From assembly GCA_005879585.1 (NCBI GenBank), contig VBKG01000327.1, forward strand, positions 11,932 through 75,931: 64,000 bases of DNA, in the 5' to 3' direction. Positions within the stretch are counted from its first letter, which is position 1, and every line of letters starts with the position of its first letter. Source of the DNA: Deltaproteobacteria bacterium (GTDB lineage: Bacteria > Desulfobacterota > Binatia > DP-6). Position numbers and translations under genes: made by a program. This document shows, piece by piece, positions 1 through 11,297 of the stretch. The notes beneath the pieces are model-generated. The model searched no databases, was not told the origin of the DNA, and saw only the letters and a list, made by a program, of their open reading frames with translations.

Positions 1-814
1 CGGGGCGATAGAGATTCTCGTTGGCGGGTGCGTCACGACGGTCGTCGCCGCCCGCCGGCGTGGCCATTTCCTCGAAGTTGACGAAGATCGAGAGCTGATC
101 CTGGAGGATCCGAGCGGCATACGCGACGGCGTCCTCGGGACGTACGCTGCCGTCGGTGTGCACCTCGAGGACCAGGCGGTCGTAGTCCGTGCGCTGCCCG
201 ACGCGGGCGTTCGTCACCGTGAAGTTGACCTTGGTGACCGGCGAGAACACCGCATCGATCGGGATCGTGCCGGCCGGATCGCCCTCACGCTTGTTGCGCT
301 CGGCAGGGACGTAGCCACGTCCCAGGCGGATGACGATCTCCATGTCGAGCTCGGAATCCTTGGCGAGCATCGCGATGTGCTGGTTCGGATTCAGCACCTC
401 CACCCGCGGTCCCGCCTGCACGTCGGCCGCGGTGACCTCGCGCTCACCCCGCAAGTGGATGCGCGCCGTCTCCTCGACCGCGCCGTCGTGCAATTTCACG
501 CGGACCTCTTTCAGGTTGAGCACGATGTCGGTCACGTCCTCCGTGACCCCCCCGATCGTCGAGAACTCGTGCAGCACGCCCTTCACCCGCAAGGCGACGA
601 TCGCGGCGCCCTGCAGCGAAGAGAGGAGAACCCGCCGGAGCGCGTTGCCGACGGTGATGCCGTAGCCGCGCTCGAACGGCTCCCCGAAGAACTTCCCGTA
701 CGTCGGCGTGAGGCTCTTCTCGTCGACCTCGAGCCGCCGCGGTTTGATCAGCTCTCGCCAGTTGCTCTGGACGATCGCGTCTGGAGTCTGCGTCGAGAGG
801 TCCTGCAATTCCAT
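1..814 (-). CDS. rpoA: RNA polymerase alpha subunit (3' end runs off window)
   Basis: Manual translation MELQDLSTQTPDAIVQSNWRELIKPRRLEVDE...EPFERGYGITVGNALRRVLLSSLQG...RVGQRTDYDRLVLEV; follows rpsD; not in ORF track because truncated. Confidence 0.97.
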   Translation of the reverse strand, partial: MELQDLSTQTPDAIVQSNWRELIKPRRLEVDEKSLTPTYGKFFGEPFERGYGITVGNALRRVLLSSLQGAAIVALRVKGVLHEFSTIGGVTEDVTDIVLNLKEVRVKLHDGAVEETARIHLRGEREVTAADVQAGPRVEVLNPNQHIAMLAKDSELDMEIVIRLGRGYVPAERNKREGDPAGTIPIDAVFSPVTKVNFTVTNARVGQRTDYDRLVLEVHTDGSVRPEDAVAYAARILQDQLSIFVNFEEMATPAGGDDRRDAPANENLYRP

Positions 815-839
815 GACAGCCTTCCCCTGTCCGCGTGCC

Positions 840-1466
840 CTACTTGGAGTAGAGCTCCACGACCAGCTTCTCGTTGATCGGCATGGTGAGATCGGCACGG
901 GTCGGGAACGCCTTCACGATCCCCGTGAACGTGGGGGGGTCGATCGCGAGCCACTCCGGGACACCACGGCGCTGCGCCAGCTCGAGCGCTTCCTGGATGC
1001 GCGTCACCTGACGGCTCCGCTCCCGGACGCTCACCGCGTCGCCCGTGCGGACCAGGTAGGAGGGGATGTCGACCTTGCGGCCGTTCACGCGGAAGTGGCC
1101 GTGCCGCACGAGCTGCCGGGCCTCGGCACGCGAGGTCGCAAAGCCGAGGCGGTAGACGATGTTGTCCATTCGGCGTTCGAGGATCTGGAGCAGCGTCTCG
1201 CCGGTCACGCCCCGGGCGCGATCGGCCATCGCGAAATAGCGACGGAACTGCGACTCGAGGATGCCGTACATCCGGCGCAGCTTCTGCTTCTCACGCAGCT
1301 GGATCGAGTACTCGGAGAACTTCGGCCGCCCCTGCCCGTGCTCGCCGGGCGGGTAGTTGCGGCGCTCGATCGCGCACTTGTCGGTGTAGCACCGCTCGCC
1401 CTTCAAGAACAGCTTGAGACCCTCGCGCCGGCACAGCCGGCAGGAGGCTTGCGTGTATCGCGCCAC
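840..1466 (-). CDS. rpsD: 30S ribosomal protein S4 (Cys/Zn-type N-terminus)
   Basis: [18 protein letters not shown]...[12 protein letters not shown]. Confidence 0.98.
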   Translation of the reverse strand: MARYTQASCRLCRREGLKLFLKGERCYTDKCAIERRNYPPGEHGQGRPKFSEYSIQLREKQKLRRMYGILESQFRRYFAMADRARGVTGETLLQILERRMDNIVYRLGFATSRAEARQLVRHGHFRVNGRKVDIPSYLVRTGDAVSVRERSRQVTRIQEALELAQRRGVPEWLAIDPPTFTGIVKAFPTRADLTMPINEKLVVELYSK

Positions 1467-1476
1467 AGCTAGGTCC

Positions 1477-1905
1477 TCATACGCGCCGCCGCTTGGGCGG
1501 CCGGCAGCCGTTGTGCGGAATCGGTGTAACGTCCTTGATGATACTCACCGCGAACCCCGCGGCCTGCAGGCTCCGGAGCGCCGACTCGCGCCCCGCGCCC
1601 GGCCCCTTCACGTACACCTGGACCTGACGCATGCCGAGCTCCGCCGCCTTCCGCGCCGCGGCCTCCGCGGCGACCTGAGCGGCGAACGGCGTCCCCTTGC
1701 GCGACCCCTTGAAGCCGACGGAGCCAGCACTCGACCACACGATCACGTTGCCCTGCGCGTCCGTGATGGTGATGATCGTGTTGTTGAACGTGGAGTGGAT
1801 GTGCACCACTCCCTCGCTCACCGTCCGTTTGACCTTCTTGCGCCGGACTGGCGCAGCTTCCGGCGCGGCTGGCCGCTCCGGTGCGCCCTCGGGCTGCTTC
1901 GCCAT
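1477..1905 (-). CDS. rpsK: 30S ribosomal protein S11
   Basis: [15 protein letters not shown]...[14 protein letters not shown]...[18 protein letters not shown]. Confidence 0.98.
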   Translation of the reverse strand: MAKQPEGAPERPAAPEAAPVRRKKVKRTVSEGVVHIHSTFNNTIITITDAQGNVIVWSSAGSVGFKGSRKGTPFAAQVAAEAAARKAAELGMRQVQVYVKGPGAGRESALRSLQAAGFAVSIIKDVTPIPHNGCRPPKRRRV

Positions 1906-1914
1906 GCGTCCTCC

Positions 1915-2298
1915 TTACCCCTTCGAGGGCGCCGGCTTCTTGCCGGCGATGGCGCGGCGCGGGCCTTTGCGCGTCCGTGAGTTCGTGTGCGTGCGCTGCC
2001 CGCGCACCGGCAGGTTGCGACGGTGTCGGAGGCCGCGATACGTGCCGAGGTCCACCAGACGTTTGATGTTGCCAGTGACGTCGCGGCGCAGGTCACCCTC
2101 CACCTTGTACGCCGTGTCGATCACGCGGCGGACGCGAGTGATCTCGTCGTCGGTGAGCTCGTCGCTGCTGCGCCCCGGGTCGACGCCGGCCTCGGCGCAG
2201 ATCTTGTCCGCCGAGCTTCGCCCGATCCCATAGATGTACGTGAGCGCGATCTCCATGCGCTTCTTATGCGGTAAGTCGACGCCTGCAATTCGCGCCAT
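1915..2298 (-). CDS. rpsM: 30S ribosomal protein S13
   Basis: [10 protein letters not shown]...[18 protein letters not shown]. Confidence 0.98.
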   Translation of the reverse strand: MARIAGVDLPHKKRMEIALTYIYGIGRSSADKICAEAGVDPGRSSDELTDDEITRVRRVIDTAYKVEGDLRRDVTGNIKRLVDLGTYRGLRHRRNLPVRGQRTHTNSRTRKGPRRAIAGKKPAPSKG

Positions 2299-2310
2299 CC
2301 AGTTTCCCCC

Positions 2311-2424
2311 TCAGCCCTGACGCTGCTTGTGCCGCGGGTTCGAGCAGAGCACGCGGACCACCCCCGCGCGGCGGATGACCTTGCACTTCTTGCAGATGGC
2401 TTTGACCGATGCGCGTACCTTCAT
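2311..2424 (-). CDS. rpmJ: 50S ribosomal protein L36 (37 aa, Zn-ribbon type)
   Basis: Manual translation [37 protein letters not shown]; below ORF-track cutoff. Confidence 0.97.
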   Translation of the reverse strand: MKVRASVKAICKKCKVIRRAGVVRVLCSNPRHKQRQG

Positions 2425-2431
2425 CGCCCGT

Positions 2432-2647
2432 TCACCGCATGCGATACGTGATCCGACCACGCGAGAGGTCGAACGGCGAGAGCTCGACTGTGACCTTGTC
2501 GCCCGGCGCGATCCGGACGTAGCGCAGGCGCACGCTCCCGGCGACGTGCGCCAGCACCTGGTGCCCGTTGTCGAGGTCCACCCGGAACATGGCGTTGGGC
2601 ATCAGCTGCGACACCGTGCCGCTCACCGCGATCGCGTCCCCATTCAT
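2432..2647 (-). CDS. infA: Translation initiation factor IF-1 (divergent)
   Basis: [18 protein letters not shown]...[22 protein letters not shown]; canonical position between map and rpmJ. Confidence 0.93.
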   Translation of the reverse strand: MNGDAIAVSGTVSQLMPNAMFRVDLDNGHQVLAHVAGSVRLRYVRIAPGDKVTVELSPFDLSRGRITYRMR

Positions 2648-2661
2648 GGCTCGTGGTCCCT

Positions 2662-3423
2662 TCAGGGTAAACTCAAAATATACGGGCCGTTTCCGGTCAC
2701 TGCAACGGAATGTTCGAAGTGCGCCGAGAGCCGGCCGTCACGCGTCGCCGCCGTCCACCCATCCTCCTTCAGAAAGACCTCGGGCCCCCCCGCATTCACC
2801 ATCGGCTCGATCGCCAGCACGAGACCGTCGCTCAGCCGGACGCCGCGGGCGCCCGTCCGGTAGTTCGGCACCTGCGGATCCTCGTGCAGGCTCCGCCCGA
2901 TGCCATGACCGACGAATTCGCGTACGGTCGAAAACCCGGCTGCCTCGACCGTGTCCTGAATCGCCCCCGAGATGTCGCCGACGTGCGCCCCGGCCCGGAT
3001 CGCTTCGATGCCGGCCGCGAGCGCCGCCTCCGTGACCCGCATGAGCCGTTCTGCCTCGGGCGTCACGCGCCCGACCGGCACGGTGACCGCCGCATCGCCG
3101 AAGTAGCCGTCGTGACAGACGCCGAAGTCGAGGCCGACGATGTCGCCGTCCCGCAGCACGCGCCGCGGCGACGGGATTCCGTGCACCACCTCGTCGTTGA
3201 TCGAGATGCAGACCGACGCCGGGTACACCCGCCCGGCGACCGCGTAGCCCTTGAACGCAGGCCGTGCGCCCTTCTTGCGCGTGAGCTCCTCGGCCAGTAC
3301 GTCGAGCTCTCCCGTGGTGACGCCGGGACGGACCCGCGTCCGGAGCTCCGCCAGGATCTCCGCGACGATGGCGTTGGCCCGCCGCATGCGGTCGATCTCC
3401 TCCGGCGACTTGAGAAGGATCAT
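2662..3423 (-). CDS. map: Methionine aminopeptidase type I
   Basis: [38 protein letters not shown] motifs. Confidence 0.97.
   Translation of the reverse strand: MILLKSPEEIDRMRRANAIVAEILAELRTRVRPGVTTGELDVLAEELTRKKGARPAFKGYAVAGRVYPASVCISINDEVVHGIPSPRRVLRDGDIVGLDFGVCHDGYFGDAAVTVPVGRVTPEAERLMRVTEAALAAGIEAIRAGAHVGDISGAIQDTVEAAGFSTVREFVGHGIGRSLHEDPQVPNYRTGARGVRLSDGLVLAIEPMVNAGGPEVFLKEDGWTAATRDGRLSAHFEHSVAVTGNGPYILSLP
2677..2705 (-). promoter_or_regulatory. Putative sigma70-type promoter inside 3' end of map, upstream of infA
   Basis: TTGCAG-N17-TATATT on minus strand; locally AT-rich codons. Confidence 0.55.
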
Positions 3424-4067
3424 GGGAGGCTCGCCAGCACGCGGAGGAATATTTCCTCGCGGCTTCCGACGCCGGAGATCTCCCGCAGGAGGCCCGCGTC
3501 GCGATAGTACTGCAGCACCGGTGCGGTGTCGCGGGCGTACACGTCGAACCGCGCCCGCACGGTCTCCTCGCGATCGTCCTCGCGCTGGTAGAGCTCGCCG
3601 CCGCAGCGGTCACACCGGCCGGTGCGCGCGGCGGGGTCGGCGTCGAGCTGGAACATCGCGCCGCACTGCCGGCAGACACGCCTCGCGGCGAGCCGCCGGA
3701 CGAGCTCGTCCTCCGGCACGTCGATCGAGACGACGGCATCGAGCGGCTCCCCGCCCTTACCGAGCATCTCCGCGAGTGCTTCCGCCTGCGGCACGGTCCG
3801 CGGGAAGCCGTCGAGCAAGAAGCCCCGGTTGTGGTTCTGCGCCGCGAGACGATCCGCAACGATACCGATCACGACGTCGTCGGGCACGAGCAGCCCCTGC
3901 GCCATGAAGCGCTCCGCCTCGCGGCCGAGCGTCGTCCCGGCGCGCCGGGCATCGCGCAGAATGTCGCCGGTGGAGATGTGCGCCACCCCGCGCCGCTCCT
4001 CCAGCAGCTTCGCCTGCGTGCCCTTGCCCGCCCCCGGCGCTCCCATGATCACGGCCCGTACTCCCAC
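3420..4067 (-). CDS. adk: Adenylate kinase (Zn-LID type)
   Basis: GAPGAGKGTQ P-loop, GFLLDGFPRT, CRQC...CDRC, QREDD; GTG start overlapping the secY stop (ORF-track start is too far upstream). Confidence 0.96.
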   Translation of the reverse strand: MGVRAVIMGAPGAGKGTQAKLLEERRGVAHISTGDILRDARRAGTTLGREAERFMAQGLLVPDDVVIGIVADRLAAQNHNRGFLLDGFPRTVPQAEALAEMLGKGGEPLDAVVSIDVPEDELVRRLAARRVCRQCGAMFQLDADPAARTGRCDRCGGELYQREDDREETVRARFDVYARDTAPVLQYYRDAGLLREISGVGSREEIFLRVLASLP

Positions 4068-5374
4068 TAGCGCCGTCCCCGGATGCGTCCCCGCTTCATG
4101 AAGCCCTCGTAGCTGCGCGTGATCAGGTGCGTCTCCATGGCAGCGATCGTGTCGAGAGCCACTCCGACGACGATCAGAAGCGCGGTCCCGCCGAAGTAGA
4201 AGGGCACCTTGAACTGACTGATGAGGATCGTCGGGAGGACGCAGACGGCGGCGACGTAGAGGGCACCGGGCAAGGTGATGCGCACCAGGATGCGGTCGAT
4301 GTACTCCGCGGTCCGCTGGCCGGGGCGGATGCCGGGAATGTAGCCGCCGAACTTCTTCATGTTGTCGGCGACGTCGGCCGGGTTGAAGGTGACCGCGGTG
4401 TAAAAGTAGCAGAAGAACACGATCAGCCCGACGTACGCGAGGGTGTAGAGCCACGTCCCCGGGGCGAGCTGCCGCGAGATCCAGTGGGCCACGGGGTGGT
4501 CGATGAAGTTGGTCACGGTGCCGGGGAAGAGCAGGATCGACGACGCGAAGATGGGCGGGATCACGCCCGACGTATTGATCTTGAGCGGCAGGTGCGAGCT
4601 CTGCCCGCTGTACATGCGGCGGCCCACCACCCGCTTGGCGTACTGGACCGGAATCCGCCGCTGGGCGCGCTCCATGAAGATGATCGCCGCCACCACGCCG
4701 ATCATCACGAGGATGATGAAGACGGCGATCAGGATCGAAAGCTCGGCCTGCTTGATGAACTCGAACGTCGTCGCGGCCGCCGACGGCATGGCGGCGACGA
4801 TGCCCGCGAAGATGATGAGCGAGATGCCGTTGCCAATCCCGCGTTCGGTGATCTGCTCGCCGAGCCACATGATGAAGGCGGTTCCCGTGGTCAGGGTGAT
4901 CATCGTCATCAGCCGGAAGTGCCATCCCGGCTGGAAGACGACCCCGCCGCCCCCCGGCGCCTCGATCGACTCGAGGCCGACCGAGATGAAGAAGCCCTGC
5001 ACGAGCGAGAGGAGCACCGTGCCGTAGCGGGTATACTGCGTGATCTTCCGGCGGCCCATCTCGCCCTCCTTCGAGAGCTTCTCGAGGTAGGGGATGACCA
5101 CCGTCAGGAGCTGCAGGATGATGCTCGCGCTGATGTAGGGCATGATGCCGAGCGCGAAGATCGAAAAGCGCTCGAGCGCGCCGCCCGAGAAGAGATTCAC
5201 CAAGCCGACGATGTTGTTACGGGCCTGGGCGAAGAACTGCGCCAGCGCCTGGCCGTCGATGCCGGGCGTCGGGATGGCGACGCCCAGCCGGTAGACCGCC
5301 AGCGCCGCGGCGGTGAACCCGAGGCGCTTACGAAGCTCCGGAACGCGGGACGCATTGGCGAACCCTTCAAACAT
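4067..5374 (-). CDS. secY: Preprotein translocase SecY
   Basis: [44 protein letters not shown]. Confidence 0.98.
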   Translation of the reverse strand: MFEGFANASRVPELRKRLGFTAAALAVYRLGVAIPTPGIDGQALAQFFAQARNNIVGLVNLFSGGALERFSIFALGIMPYISASIILQLLTVVIPYLEKLSKEGEMGRRKITQYTRYGTVLLSLVQGFFISVGLESIEAPGGGGVVFQPGWHFRLMTMITLTTGTAFIMWLGEQITERGIGNGISLIIFAGIVAAMPSAAATTFEFIKQAELSILIAVFIILVMIGVVAAIIFMERAQRRIPVQYAKRVVGRRMYSGQSSHLPLKINTSGVIPPIFASSILLFPGTVTNFIDHPVAHWISRQLAPGTWLYTLAYVGLIVFFCYFYTAVTFNPADVADNMKKFGGYIPGIRPGQRTAEYIDRILVRITLPGALYVAAVCVLPTILISQFKVPFYFGGTALLIVVGVALDTIAAMETHLITRSYEGFMKRGRIRGRR

Positions 5375-5822
5375 CGACCGTCTCCACCGTGCCGCCGGCA
5401 GCCGTGATGCGCTCGCGCGCGGTCTTGCTGAACGCGTGCAGCCGCACGGTCAGCGCATGCGGCAGCGCGCCGTCGCCGAGGCACTTGACCCGCCGGCCGC
5501 CGCGCACCAGGCGCCGGCTCCGCAGCTCTTCGGGCCCGACCGTCGTTCCGGGCTCGAACAGGGCGAGCTTGGCGAGATTCACGATCGCGTACTCCTCGCG
5601 GGCCACCGGGCGAAAGCCGCGCTTCGGCAGGCGCCGCTGGAGCGGCATCTGACCGCCCTCGTAGCCGGGCGGGCTGTTGCCGCCCGAACGCGACCGCCGG
5701 CCCTTGTGGCCGCGGCCCGCCGTCTTGCCCTGGCCGGACCCGGGACCGCGGCCGACGCGCTTCCGCGGCCGCGTCGCCCCCGGGGCGGGATGCAGATGAC
5801 CGAGATCGATGGGCTGGTCCAT
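5367..5822 (-). CDS. rplO: 50S ribosomal protein L15
   Basis: [20 protein letters not shown]...[17 protein letters not shown]. Confidence 0.97.
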   Translation of the reverse strand: MDQPIDLGHLHPAPGATRPRKRVGRGPGSGQGKTAGRGHKGRRSRSGGNSPPGYEGGQMPLQRRLPKRGFRPVAREEYAIVNLAKLALFEPGTTVGPEELRSRRLVRGGRRVKCLGDGALPHALTVRLHAFSKTARERITAAGGTVETVDV

Positions 5823-5831
5823 CGTCGTCGC

Positions 5832-6014
5832 CTATTCCTCCGCCTCGACGAGATGCGCGACGGCACGCACCATGCCGCGCACCGCCGGCGAGTCCTTGAG
5901 GATCACCGACTTGCCGACGCGCTTGAGGCCGAGGCCGCGGAGCGTCTCGCGCTGACGCGGGCTCGTGCCGATGGGGCTGCGCCGCAGGCGGACCTTCAGC
6001 ATGCGGTCGCTCAT
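5832..6014 (-). CDS. rpmD: 50S ribosomal protein L30
   Basis: [16 protein letters not shown]...TLRGLGLKR...[12 protein letters not shown]; true start is internal to the tracked ORF. Confidence 0.95.
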   Translation of the reverse strand: MSDRMLKVRLRRSPIGTSPRQRETLRGLGLKRVGKSVILKDSPAVRGMVRAVAHLVEAEE

Positions 6015-6544
6015 TACCGTAGCTCCGCCACGGTCTTGCCGCGCAGCGCCGCGACCGCGCCGGGCTCCTTCAGCTGCCCGAGGGCGTCCATCGTCGCCCG
6101 CACCATGTTGTGCGGGTTGTTCGACCCGATGCATTTGGTGAGGACGTTGCTGACTCCCGCGAGCTCCACGACGGCCCGCACGCCGCCGCCGGCGATGACC
6201 CCCGTACCGGCGGAGGCGGGCTTCAGCAGCACCTCGCCCGCGCCGAAACGGCCCGTGACCTCGTAGGGGATCGTGCCGTCGACGAGCGGCACCCCGACCA
6301 TCTGCTTCTTCGCCTTGTCGATGCCCTTCCGGATCGCTTCCGGCACCTCGTTGGCCTTGCCGAGCCCGAAGCCGACGCGTCCGCGGCCGTCCCCAACGAC
6401 GACCAGCGCGCTGAAGCTGAACCGCCGGCCGCCCTTCACGACCTTGGCGACGCGGTTGATGTGGACGACCTTCTCCTTCAGCTCGGCGCCCTGCGCGTCG
6501 AGGATGACGCGGCGCGGACCGCCTGACCCACCCGGATGCGGCAT
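6014..6544 (-). CDS. rpsE: 30S ribosomal protein S5
   Basis: [25 protein letters not shown]...[13 protein letters not shown]. Confidence 0.98.
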   Translation of the reverse strand: MPHPGGSGGPRRVILDAQGAELKEKVVHINRVAKVVKGGRRFSFSALVVVGDGRGRVGFGLGKANEVPEAIRKGIDKAKKQMVGVPLVDGTIPYEVTGRFGAGEVLLKPASAGTGVIAGGGVRAVVELAGVSNVLTKCIGSNNPHNMVRATMDALGQLKEPGAVAALRGKTVAELR

Positions 6545-6556
6545 GCTCGTCCTTCC

Positions 6557-6922
6557 CTAGAACTCGAGGCCGCCCTCGCGCGCGCCCTCGGCGACGGCGC
6601 GCACGCGGCCATGGTACAGGAACCCGTTCCGATCGAACACGATCCGTTTGATGCCCTGCTCCTGACAGCGCCGCGCGACCAGCAGCCCGACCTGCTTGGC
6701 CGCGCCGACATCGGACGTCTTCTTGAGCCCGGTGCGCAGATCGGCCGACAGCGTGGAGATGGCAAGCAGCGTCTTCGCTGACTGGTCGGTGATCAGCTGC
6801 GCATACGTGTGCTTCTGGCTCCGGAAGACGCAGAGACGCGGCCGCTCGTCCGTCCCGCGCACGGCGCGCCGAACCCGCACACGCCGCCGCTCGCGTCCGA
6901 CCACCTTGAGGCTGGTTCGCAT
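6557..6922 (-). CDS. rplR: 50S ribosomal protein L18
   Basis: RPRLCVFRS...[27 protein letters not shown]. Confidence 0.98.
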   Translation of the reverse strand: MRTSLKVVGRERRRVRVRRAVRGTDERPRLCVFRSQKHTYAQLITDQSAKTLLAISTLSADLRTGLKKTSDVGAAKQVGLLVARRCQEQGIKRIVFDRNGFLYHGRVRAVAEGAREGGLEF

Positions 6923-7470
6923 CAGCGTGCCCCTCCCGCCGCCGCCTTGCCCGCCTTACGGCGGATCGTCTCTTCCGCGTACTTGACCCCCTTGCCCTTG
7001 TACGGCTCGGGTGGCCGGAGCTCGCGGATAGCCGCCAGGGTATGTCCAAGAAGCTCGCGATCGGGTCCTTCGAGCGTCACGATCACCTGCCGATCGACCT
7101 TCGCCGAGATCCCCGGGGGCAGCTGGAAGGCGATCGGGTGCGAGTACCCGAGGGTCAGGTACAGCACGGTGCCCCGCGCTTCCGCTCGATAGCCGACGCC
7201 GTTGATCTCGAGGACGCGCGTGAAGCCCTTGTTGACGCCGTCGACCATGTTGCCGATGAGCTTCCGCGTGAGCCCATGGATGCTGCGCGCCCGACGCGAG
7301 TCGTCGCGCCGGCGGACGACGACGGCCCCGCCCTCGACGGCGACGCTGACCTCCGGATCGAGGCGACGCTCGAGCGTGCCCCTGGGACCTTCGACGCGCA
7401 CGGTGCCGTCGGTCGCGTGAACGCGAACGCCCTGCGGCACCGCGACGGGTTGTTTACCGATGCGCGACAT
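6922..7470 (-). CDS. rplF: 50S ribosomal protein L6
   Basis: MSRIGKQPV...RPPEPYKGKGVKY. Confidence 0.98.
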   Translation of the reverse strand: MSRIGKQPVAVPQGVRVHATDGTVRVEGPRGTLERRLDPEVSVAVEGGAVVVRRRDDSRRARSIHGLTRKLIGNMVDGVNKGFTRVLEINGVGYRAEARGTVLYLTLGYSHPIAFQLPPGISAKVDRQVIVTLEGPDRELLGHTLAAIRELRPPEPYKGKGVKYAEETIRRKAGKAAAGGAR

Positions 7471-7482
7471 CGTCCCTCTCTC

Positions 7483-7878
7483 CTACCAGACAGTGCAGAG
7501 CAGCTCCCCGCCCACGTTCTCGCGCCGGGCGTCGCGATCGACGAGGAGACCCTTCGGGGTGGACAGCACGCTCACGCCGAGGCCACCCCGCACGGCGGGA
7601 ATGTCCTTCGATCCGACGTAGACCCGGAGGCTCGGCCGGCTGACCCGCTTGATGCCACCGATCACCGGCCGTCGCTGCGGGTCGTAGCGCAGCTCGATGC
7701 GCAGCACGGGACGCGGCTCCGCCTCGATGATGGTCGCGCCGGCGAGGTACCCCTCCGCCACGAGCACGCGCGCGAGGGCGTCCTTCTGTTTCGACCAAGG
7801 CATGTCGACCGTCGCCTTGCGCGCGGCGGTGGCGTTCCGGACACGGGTGAGGAAGTCGGCGATCGGATCGGTCAGCAT
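7483..7878 (-). CDS. rpsH: 30S ribosomal protein S8
   Basis: TDPIADFLTRVRNA...RVSRPSLRVY...VGGELLCTVW. Confidence 0.98.
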   Translation of the reverse strand: MLTDPIADFLTRVRNATAARKATVDMPWSKQKDALARVLVAEGYLAGATIIEAEPRPVLRIELRYDPQRRPVIGGIKRVSRPSLRVYVGSKDIPAVRGGLGVSVLSTPKGLLVDRDARRENVGGELLCTVW

Positions 7879-7885
7879 CGCGCCG

Positions 7886-8071
7886 TCACCAGCTCGCCTT
7901 CACGAGTCCCGGGATCTGGCCGCGGCGCCCGAGGTCGCGCAGGCAGAGCCGGCACATGCGGAACCGCCGGAAGAAGGCCCGCGGCCGCCCGCACAGCGGG
8001 CAGCGGTTGTAGGCGCGCACCTTGAACTTCGGTGGCCGCGACGCCTTTACCATGAGACACGTCTTCGCCAT
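7886..8071 (-). CDS. rpsN: 30S ribosomal protein S14 type Z
   Basis: 61 aa, [13 protein letters not shown]...CRLC...IPGLVKASW. Confidence 0.97.
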   Translation of the reverse strand: MAKTCLMVKASRPPKFKVRAYNRCPLCGRPRAFFRRFRMCRLCLRDLGRRGQIPGLVKASW

Positions 8072-8084
8072 ATCCCCTCGGTCG

Positions 8085-8627
8085 TCAGGCCCGGAACGGC
8101 ATCCCGAGCGCGCGCAGCAAGCTCTTGCCCTCGGCGTCCGACCGCGCCGTCGTGCAGATGACGACCGTCAGGCCCTTGATCTTGTCCACCTTGTCGAGGT
8201 TGATCTCCGGAAAGATCACCTGCTCCCGGATCCCAAGGGAGTAGTTGCCCCGGCCGTCGAACGCGCGATCCGGAACGCCCTTGAAGTCACGGACGCGCGG
8301 CAGCGCGGCACCCACAAGGCGCTCGAAGAACTCGTACATCCGCTCGCCCCGCAGCGTCACCATGGCGCCGATGGCCGTTTTCTCACGAAGCTTGAAGTTG
8401 GCGATCGCCTTCTTGGCGCGCGTGACGACCGGCTTCTGGCCGCTGATCGCGGTCAGCTCCTCGACCGCACCGTCGAGGAGCTTCGGGTTCTGCGTGGCCT
8501 CACCGAGCCCCATGTTGAGGACGATCTTCTGGAGCCGCGGCACGGCGAGCGAGTTCTTGTAGCCGAGCTCGCGCATGAGCGCCGGGACGATCTCCTGTTT
8601 GTACCGTTCCTGCAGGCGCGCCGCCAT
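8085..8627 (-). CDS. rplE: 50S ribosomal protein L5
   Basis: MAARLQERY...[11 protein letters not shown]...LPRVRDFKG...[10 protein letters not shown]. Confidence 0.98.
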   Translation of the reverse strand: MAARLQERYKQEIVPALMRELGYKNSLAVPRLQKIVLNMGLGEATQNPKLLDGAVEELTAISGQKPVVTRAKKAIANFKLREKTAIGAMVTLRGERMYEFFERLVGAALPRVRDFKGVPDRAFDGRGNYSLGIREQVIFPEINLDKVDKIKGLTVVICTTARSDAEGKSLLRALGMPFRA

Positions 8628-8629
8628 GT

Positions 8630-8956
8630 TTACACGCTGTCCATGAGCTCGCCGCAGCGGCGACACACGCGCGCCGCGCGGCCGTTCTCGAGACGGCGGC
8701 GACCGACGCGCGCCGGCTTGTTGCAGCGACCGCAGATGGGCAACACGTTGGAGAGGTGGATCGATGCCTCCTTCTCGACGATACCGCCCGGGCTCTGAAC
8801 GCCGCGCGGCTTCTGATGCCGCTTCACCATGTTCACGCGCTCGATCACCACGCGGTTCTTCTCGTGCAGCAGCCGCAGCACCTTGCCGGTCTTCCCGCGT
8901 TCGCGGCCGGCGATGACGATCACGGTGTCGTCCTTGCGGATGCGCTCGACGGCCAT
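8630..8956 (-). CDS. rplX: 50S ribosomal protein L24
   Basis: [21 protein letters not shown]...[15 protein letters not shown]. Confidence 0.97.
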   Translation of the reverse strand: MAVERIRKDDTVIVIAGRERGKTGKVLRLLHEKNRVVIERVNMVKRHQKPRGVQSPGGIVEKEASIHLSNVLPICGRCNKPARVGRRRLENGRAARVCRRCGELMDSV

Positions 8957-8959
8957 CGC

Positions 8960-9328
8960 TCAGAGCACCTCCGGGGCAAGCGAGATGATCTTCATGAACC
9001 GCTTGGCGCGGAGCTCGCGCGCCACCGGACCGAAGATGCGCGTGCCGATCGGCTCGCGGGCATTGTCGATCAGCACCGCGGAGTTCGTGTCGAACCGGAT
9101 GTAGGAGCCGTCGGTCCGGCCGACTTCCTTCGCGGTGCGGACGATGACCGCCTTCATGACGTCACCCTTCTTCACCTTGGCGTTCGGGATGGCCTCCTTG
9201 ACCGACACGACGATGATGTCGCCGATCGAGGCGTACTTTCGCCGGGTGCCGCCGAGCACCTTGATGCAGAGCACCTTCCGGGCGCCGCTGTTGTCCGCGA
9301 CGTCGAGGATGCTTTCCGCCTGGATCAT
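8960..9328 (-). CDS. rplN: 50S ribosomal protein L14
   Basis: [18 protein letters not shown]...[13 protein letters not shown]. Confidence 0.98.
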   Translation of the reverse strand: MIQAESILDVADNSGARKVLCIKVLGGTRRKYASIGDIIVVSVKEAIPNAKVKKGDVMKAVIVRTAKEVGRTDGSYIRFDTNSAVLIDNAREPIGTRIFGPVARELRAKRFMKIISLAPEVL

Positions 9329-9331
9329 GAC

Positions 9332-9649
9332 CTAGCCTTCGCCCCCGCCCGCGGCCGCGGTGGGCAGCTCACCGCCGACCAGCGGCTCGTCCGCCCCTTC
9401 CCGGCGCGCCAGGATGGCTGCCACCGTCCACCGCTTGTCGTGCGACAGCGGGCGGCTCTCGATGATGCGAACCCGATCGCCGACGCGACACTGCTCCTTC
9501 TGATCGTGCGCTTTGTAGCGCCTGCGCTGCTTCAGGTACTTGCGATACCGGCCGTGGCGGACCAGCCGCTCCACTTCGACGACGACGGTCCGCGTCATCT
9601 TGTCGGAGACGACGACGCCGTCTCGCTGCTTGCGCCGTCCCGTCGTCAT
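9332..9649 (-). CDS. rpsQ: 30S ribosomal protein S17
   Basis: [18 protein letters not shown]...YKAHD...[14 protein letters not shown]-terminal low-complexity extension. Confidence 0.97.
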   Translation of the reverse strand: MTTGRRKQRDGVVVSDKMTRTVVVEVERLVRHGRYRKYLKQRRRYKAHDQKEQCRVGDRVRIIESRPLSHDKRWTVAAILARREGADEPLVGGELPTAAAGGGEG

Positions 9650-9840
9650 GGCCGGACCTCCCGCTGCCGGAGCGTCGTCTTGGCCCGGGCCAGGTCGCGC
9701 TTCGTCTCGCGAACCTTCATCGGATTGGGCAGCTGCGCCGTCGCCCGGCGGAGACGCAGGTGGAAGAGCGCGTCGGTCAGCTCCGTGACGCGCGCCCGGA
9801 GCTCGTCGTCGCTCATGTCGCGGAATTCCTGCGGCTTCAT
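9646..9840 (-). CDS. rpmC: 50S ribosomal protein L29
   Basis: [14 protein letters not shown]...[16 protein letters not shown]...KRDLARAKT. Confidence 0.95.
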   Translation of the reverse strand: MKPQEFRDMSDDELRARVTELTDALFHLRLRRATAQLPNPMKVRETKRDLARAKTTLRQREVRP

Positions 9841-9850
9841 CGGCTCACCG

Positions 9851-10270
9851 TCACGCCGCCGCCGTGTGGCGCTCACGAACGACCGTCGCGATCGACAGCT
9901 TGGCCGCCGCGAGCCGCAGCGCGGCGTGCGCCTGGCTGCGTTCCACGCCTTCCATCTCGAAGAGCATGCGGCCGGGCTTGACGACCGCGACCCAGAACTC
10001 GGGCGAGCCCTTGCCCTTCCCCATCCGTGTCTCGGCGGGCTTCTTCGTGAGCGGCTTGTCGGGGAACACGCGCACCCACACGCGCCCGCCACGCTTGATG
10101 TAGCGGGTGAGCGCGACGCGGGCCGCCTCGATCTCGCGCGCCGTCAGCCAGCCGCGCTCGAGCGCCTGGAGCCCGAAGTCGCCGAAGGCGAGCGTCGCTC
10201 CCCGCCACGCGGTGCCGCGCCGTCGGCCCTTCTGCATCTTTCGCCACTTGACCTTCTTCGGGGCGAGCAT
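9851..10270 (-). CDS. rplP: 50S ribosomal protein L16
   Basis: [11 protein letters not shown]...[18 protein letters not shown]. Confidence 0.98.
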   Translation of the reverse strand: MLAPKKVKWRKMQKGRRRGTAWRGATLAFGDFGLQALERGWLTAREIEAARVALTRYIKRGGRVWVRVFPDKPLTKKPAETRMGKGKGSPEFWVAVVKPGRMLFEMEGVERSQAHAALRLAAAKLSIATVVRERHTAAA

Positions 10271-10282
10271 ACTCGTCGTGGA

Positions 10283-10945
10283 TCAGACGCCGAGGGCGGC
10301 GCGCTGCTCCTCCTCCTGCTTGGTGAGAACCTCGCCGCGGAAGATCCAGCACTTGACGCCGATGACGCCATAGGTGGTCTTCGCCTCGGCGAGGCCGTAG
10401 TTCACGTCGGCGCGCAGCGTGTGCAACGGCACCCGCCCCTCGCGGTACCATTCGGTGCGCGCGATCTCCGAGCCCCCGAGTCGGCCCGCGGACTGGATGC
10501 GGATCCCCTGCGCCCCCATGCGCATGGCGCGCGCCACCGCCTCCTTCATCGCCCGCCGGAACGCGACCCGACGTTCGAGCTGCAAGGCCACGTTCTCGCC
10601 GACGAGCAGCGCGTCGAGGTCCGGCCGGCGCACCTCGTGGATGTTGATGAAGGTCTCCTTGCTGGTGAGCTTCGACAGCTCCTGCTTGAGCTTCTCGATC
10701 TCGGCGCCCTTCTTGCCGATGACGATCCCGGGGCGCGCCGTGTGGATGTTGATCTTCGCCTTGTTGGCCGCGCGCTCGATTTCGATCTTCGACACCCCGG
10801 CGTGATACAGGCGCTTCTTCAAGAAATTGCGGATCTTGATGTCCTCGTGCAGGAGCTCGGCGTATTCGCGACGCGCGAACCAGCGCGAGTCCCAGTTCTC
10901 GATGACGCCGAGGCGAAAGCCCTTCGGGTGTACCTTCTGACCCAC
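10283..10945 (-). CDS. rpsC: 30S ribosomal protein S3
   Basis: [13 protein letters not shown]...[12 protein letters not shown]. Confidence 0.98.
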   Translation of the reverse strand: MGQKVHPKGFRLGVIENWDSRWFARREYAELLHEDIKIRNFLKKRLYHAGVSKIEIERAANKAKINIHTARPGIVIGKKGAEIEKLKQELSKLTSKETFINIHEVRRPDLDALLVGENVALQLERRVAFRRAMKEAVARAMRMGAQGIRIQSAGRLGGSEIARTEWYREGRVPLHTLRADVNYGLAEAKTTYGVIGVKCWIFRGEVLTKQEEEQRAALGV

Positions 10946-10946
10946 G

Positions 10947-11297
10947 TTACGCCTCCCCCGCCTTCGGACGCTCGTCGACGATCAAGGTGATGTGGCTCGT
11001 CCTCTTGAAGACCTTGGTGGCACGGCCGTGCGCCCGGCTGAGAAAGCGCTTCGCCGTCGGACCTTCGTCGACGAACGCGCGCTTCACGTAGAGGCGGTCG
11101 ACGTCGACGCGCTGGGTGCTCTCCGCGTTGGCGACCGCGGAGCGCAGCGTCTTGGCGACGAGCCGCGCCCCGCGCTTGGGGGTGTACTCGAGAAGGCTCA
11201 GCGCCTTCTCGACGGGCTTGCCACGGATCAGATCGACCACCAGGCGCGCCTTCTGCGCGGTGATACGCATGAACCGGCTCTGCGCACGCGTCTCCAT
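10947..11297 (-). CDS. rplV: 50S ribosomal protein L22
   Basis: [12 protein letters not shown]...SAVANAE...RAHGRA...KRTSHIT. Confidence 0.97.
   Translation of the reverse strand: METRAQSRFMRITAQKARLVVDLIRGKPVEKALSLLEYTPKRGARLVAKTLRSAVANAESTQRVDVDRLYVKRAFVDEGPTAKRFLSRAHGRATKVFKRTSHITLIVDERPKAGEA

Noticed and set aside
3420..4925. Apparent long fusion ORFs for adk, and likewise rpmD, rplD, nusG, clpP, ClC, tamA, tamB
   Set aside because: Upstream extensions overlap neighbouring real genes in another frame; better internal starts exist.
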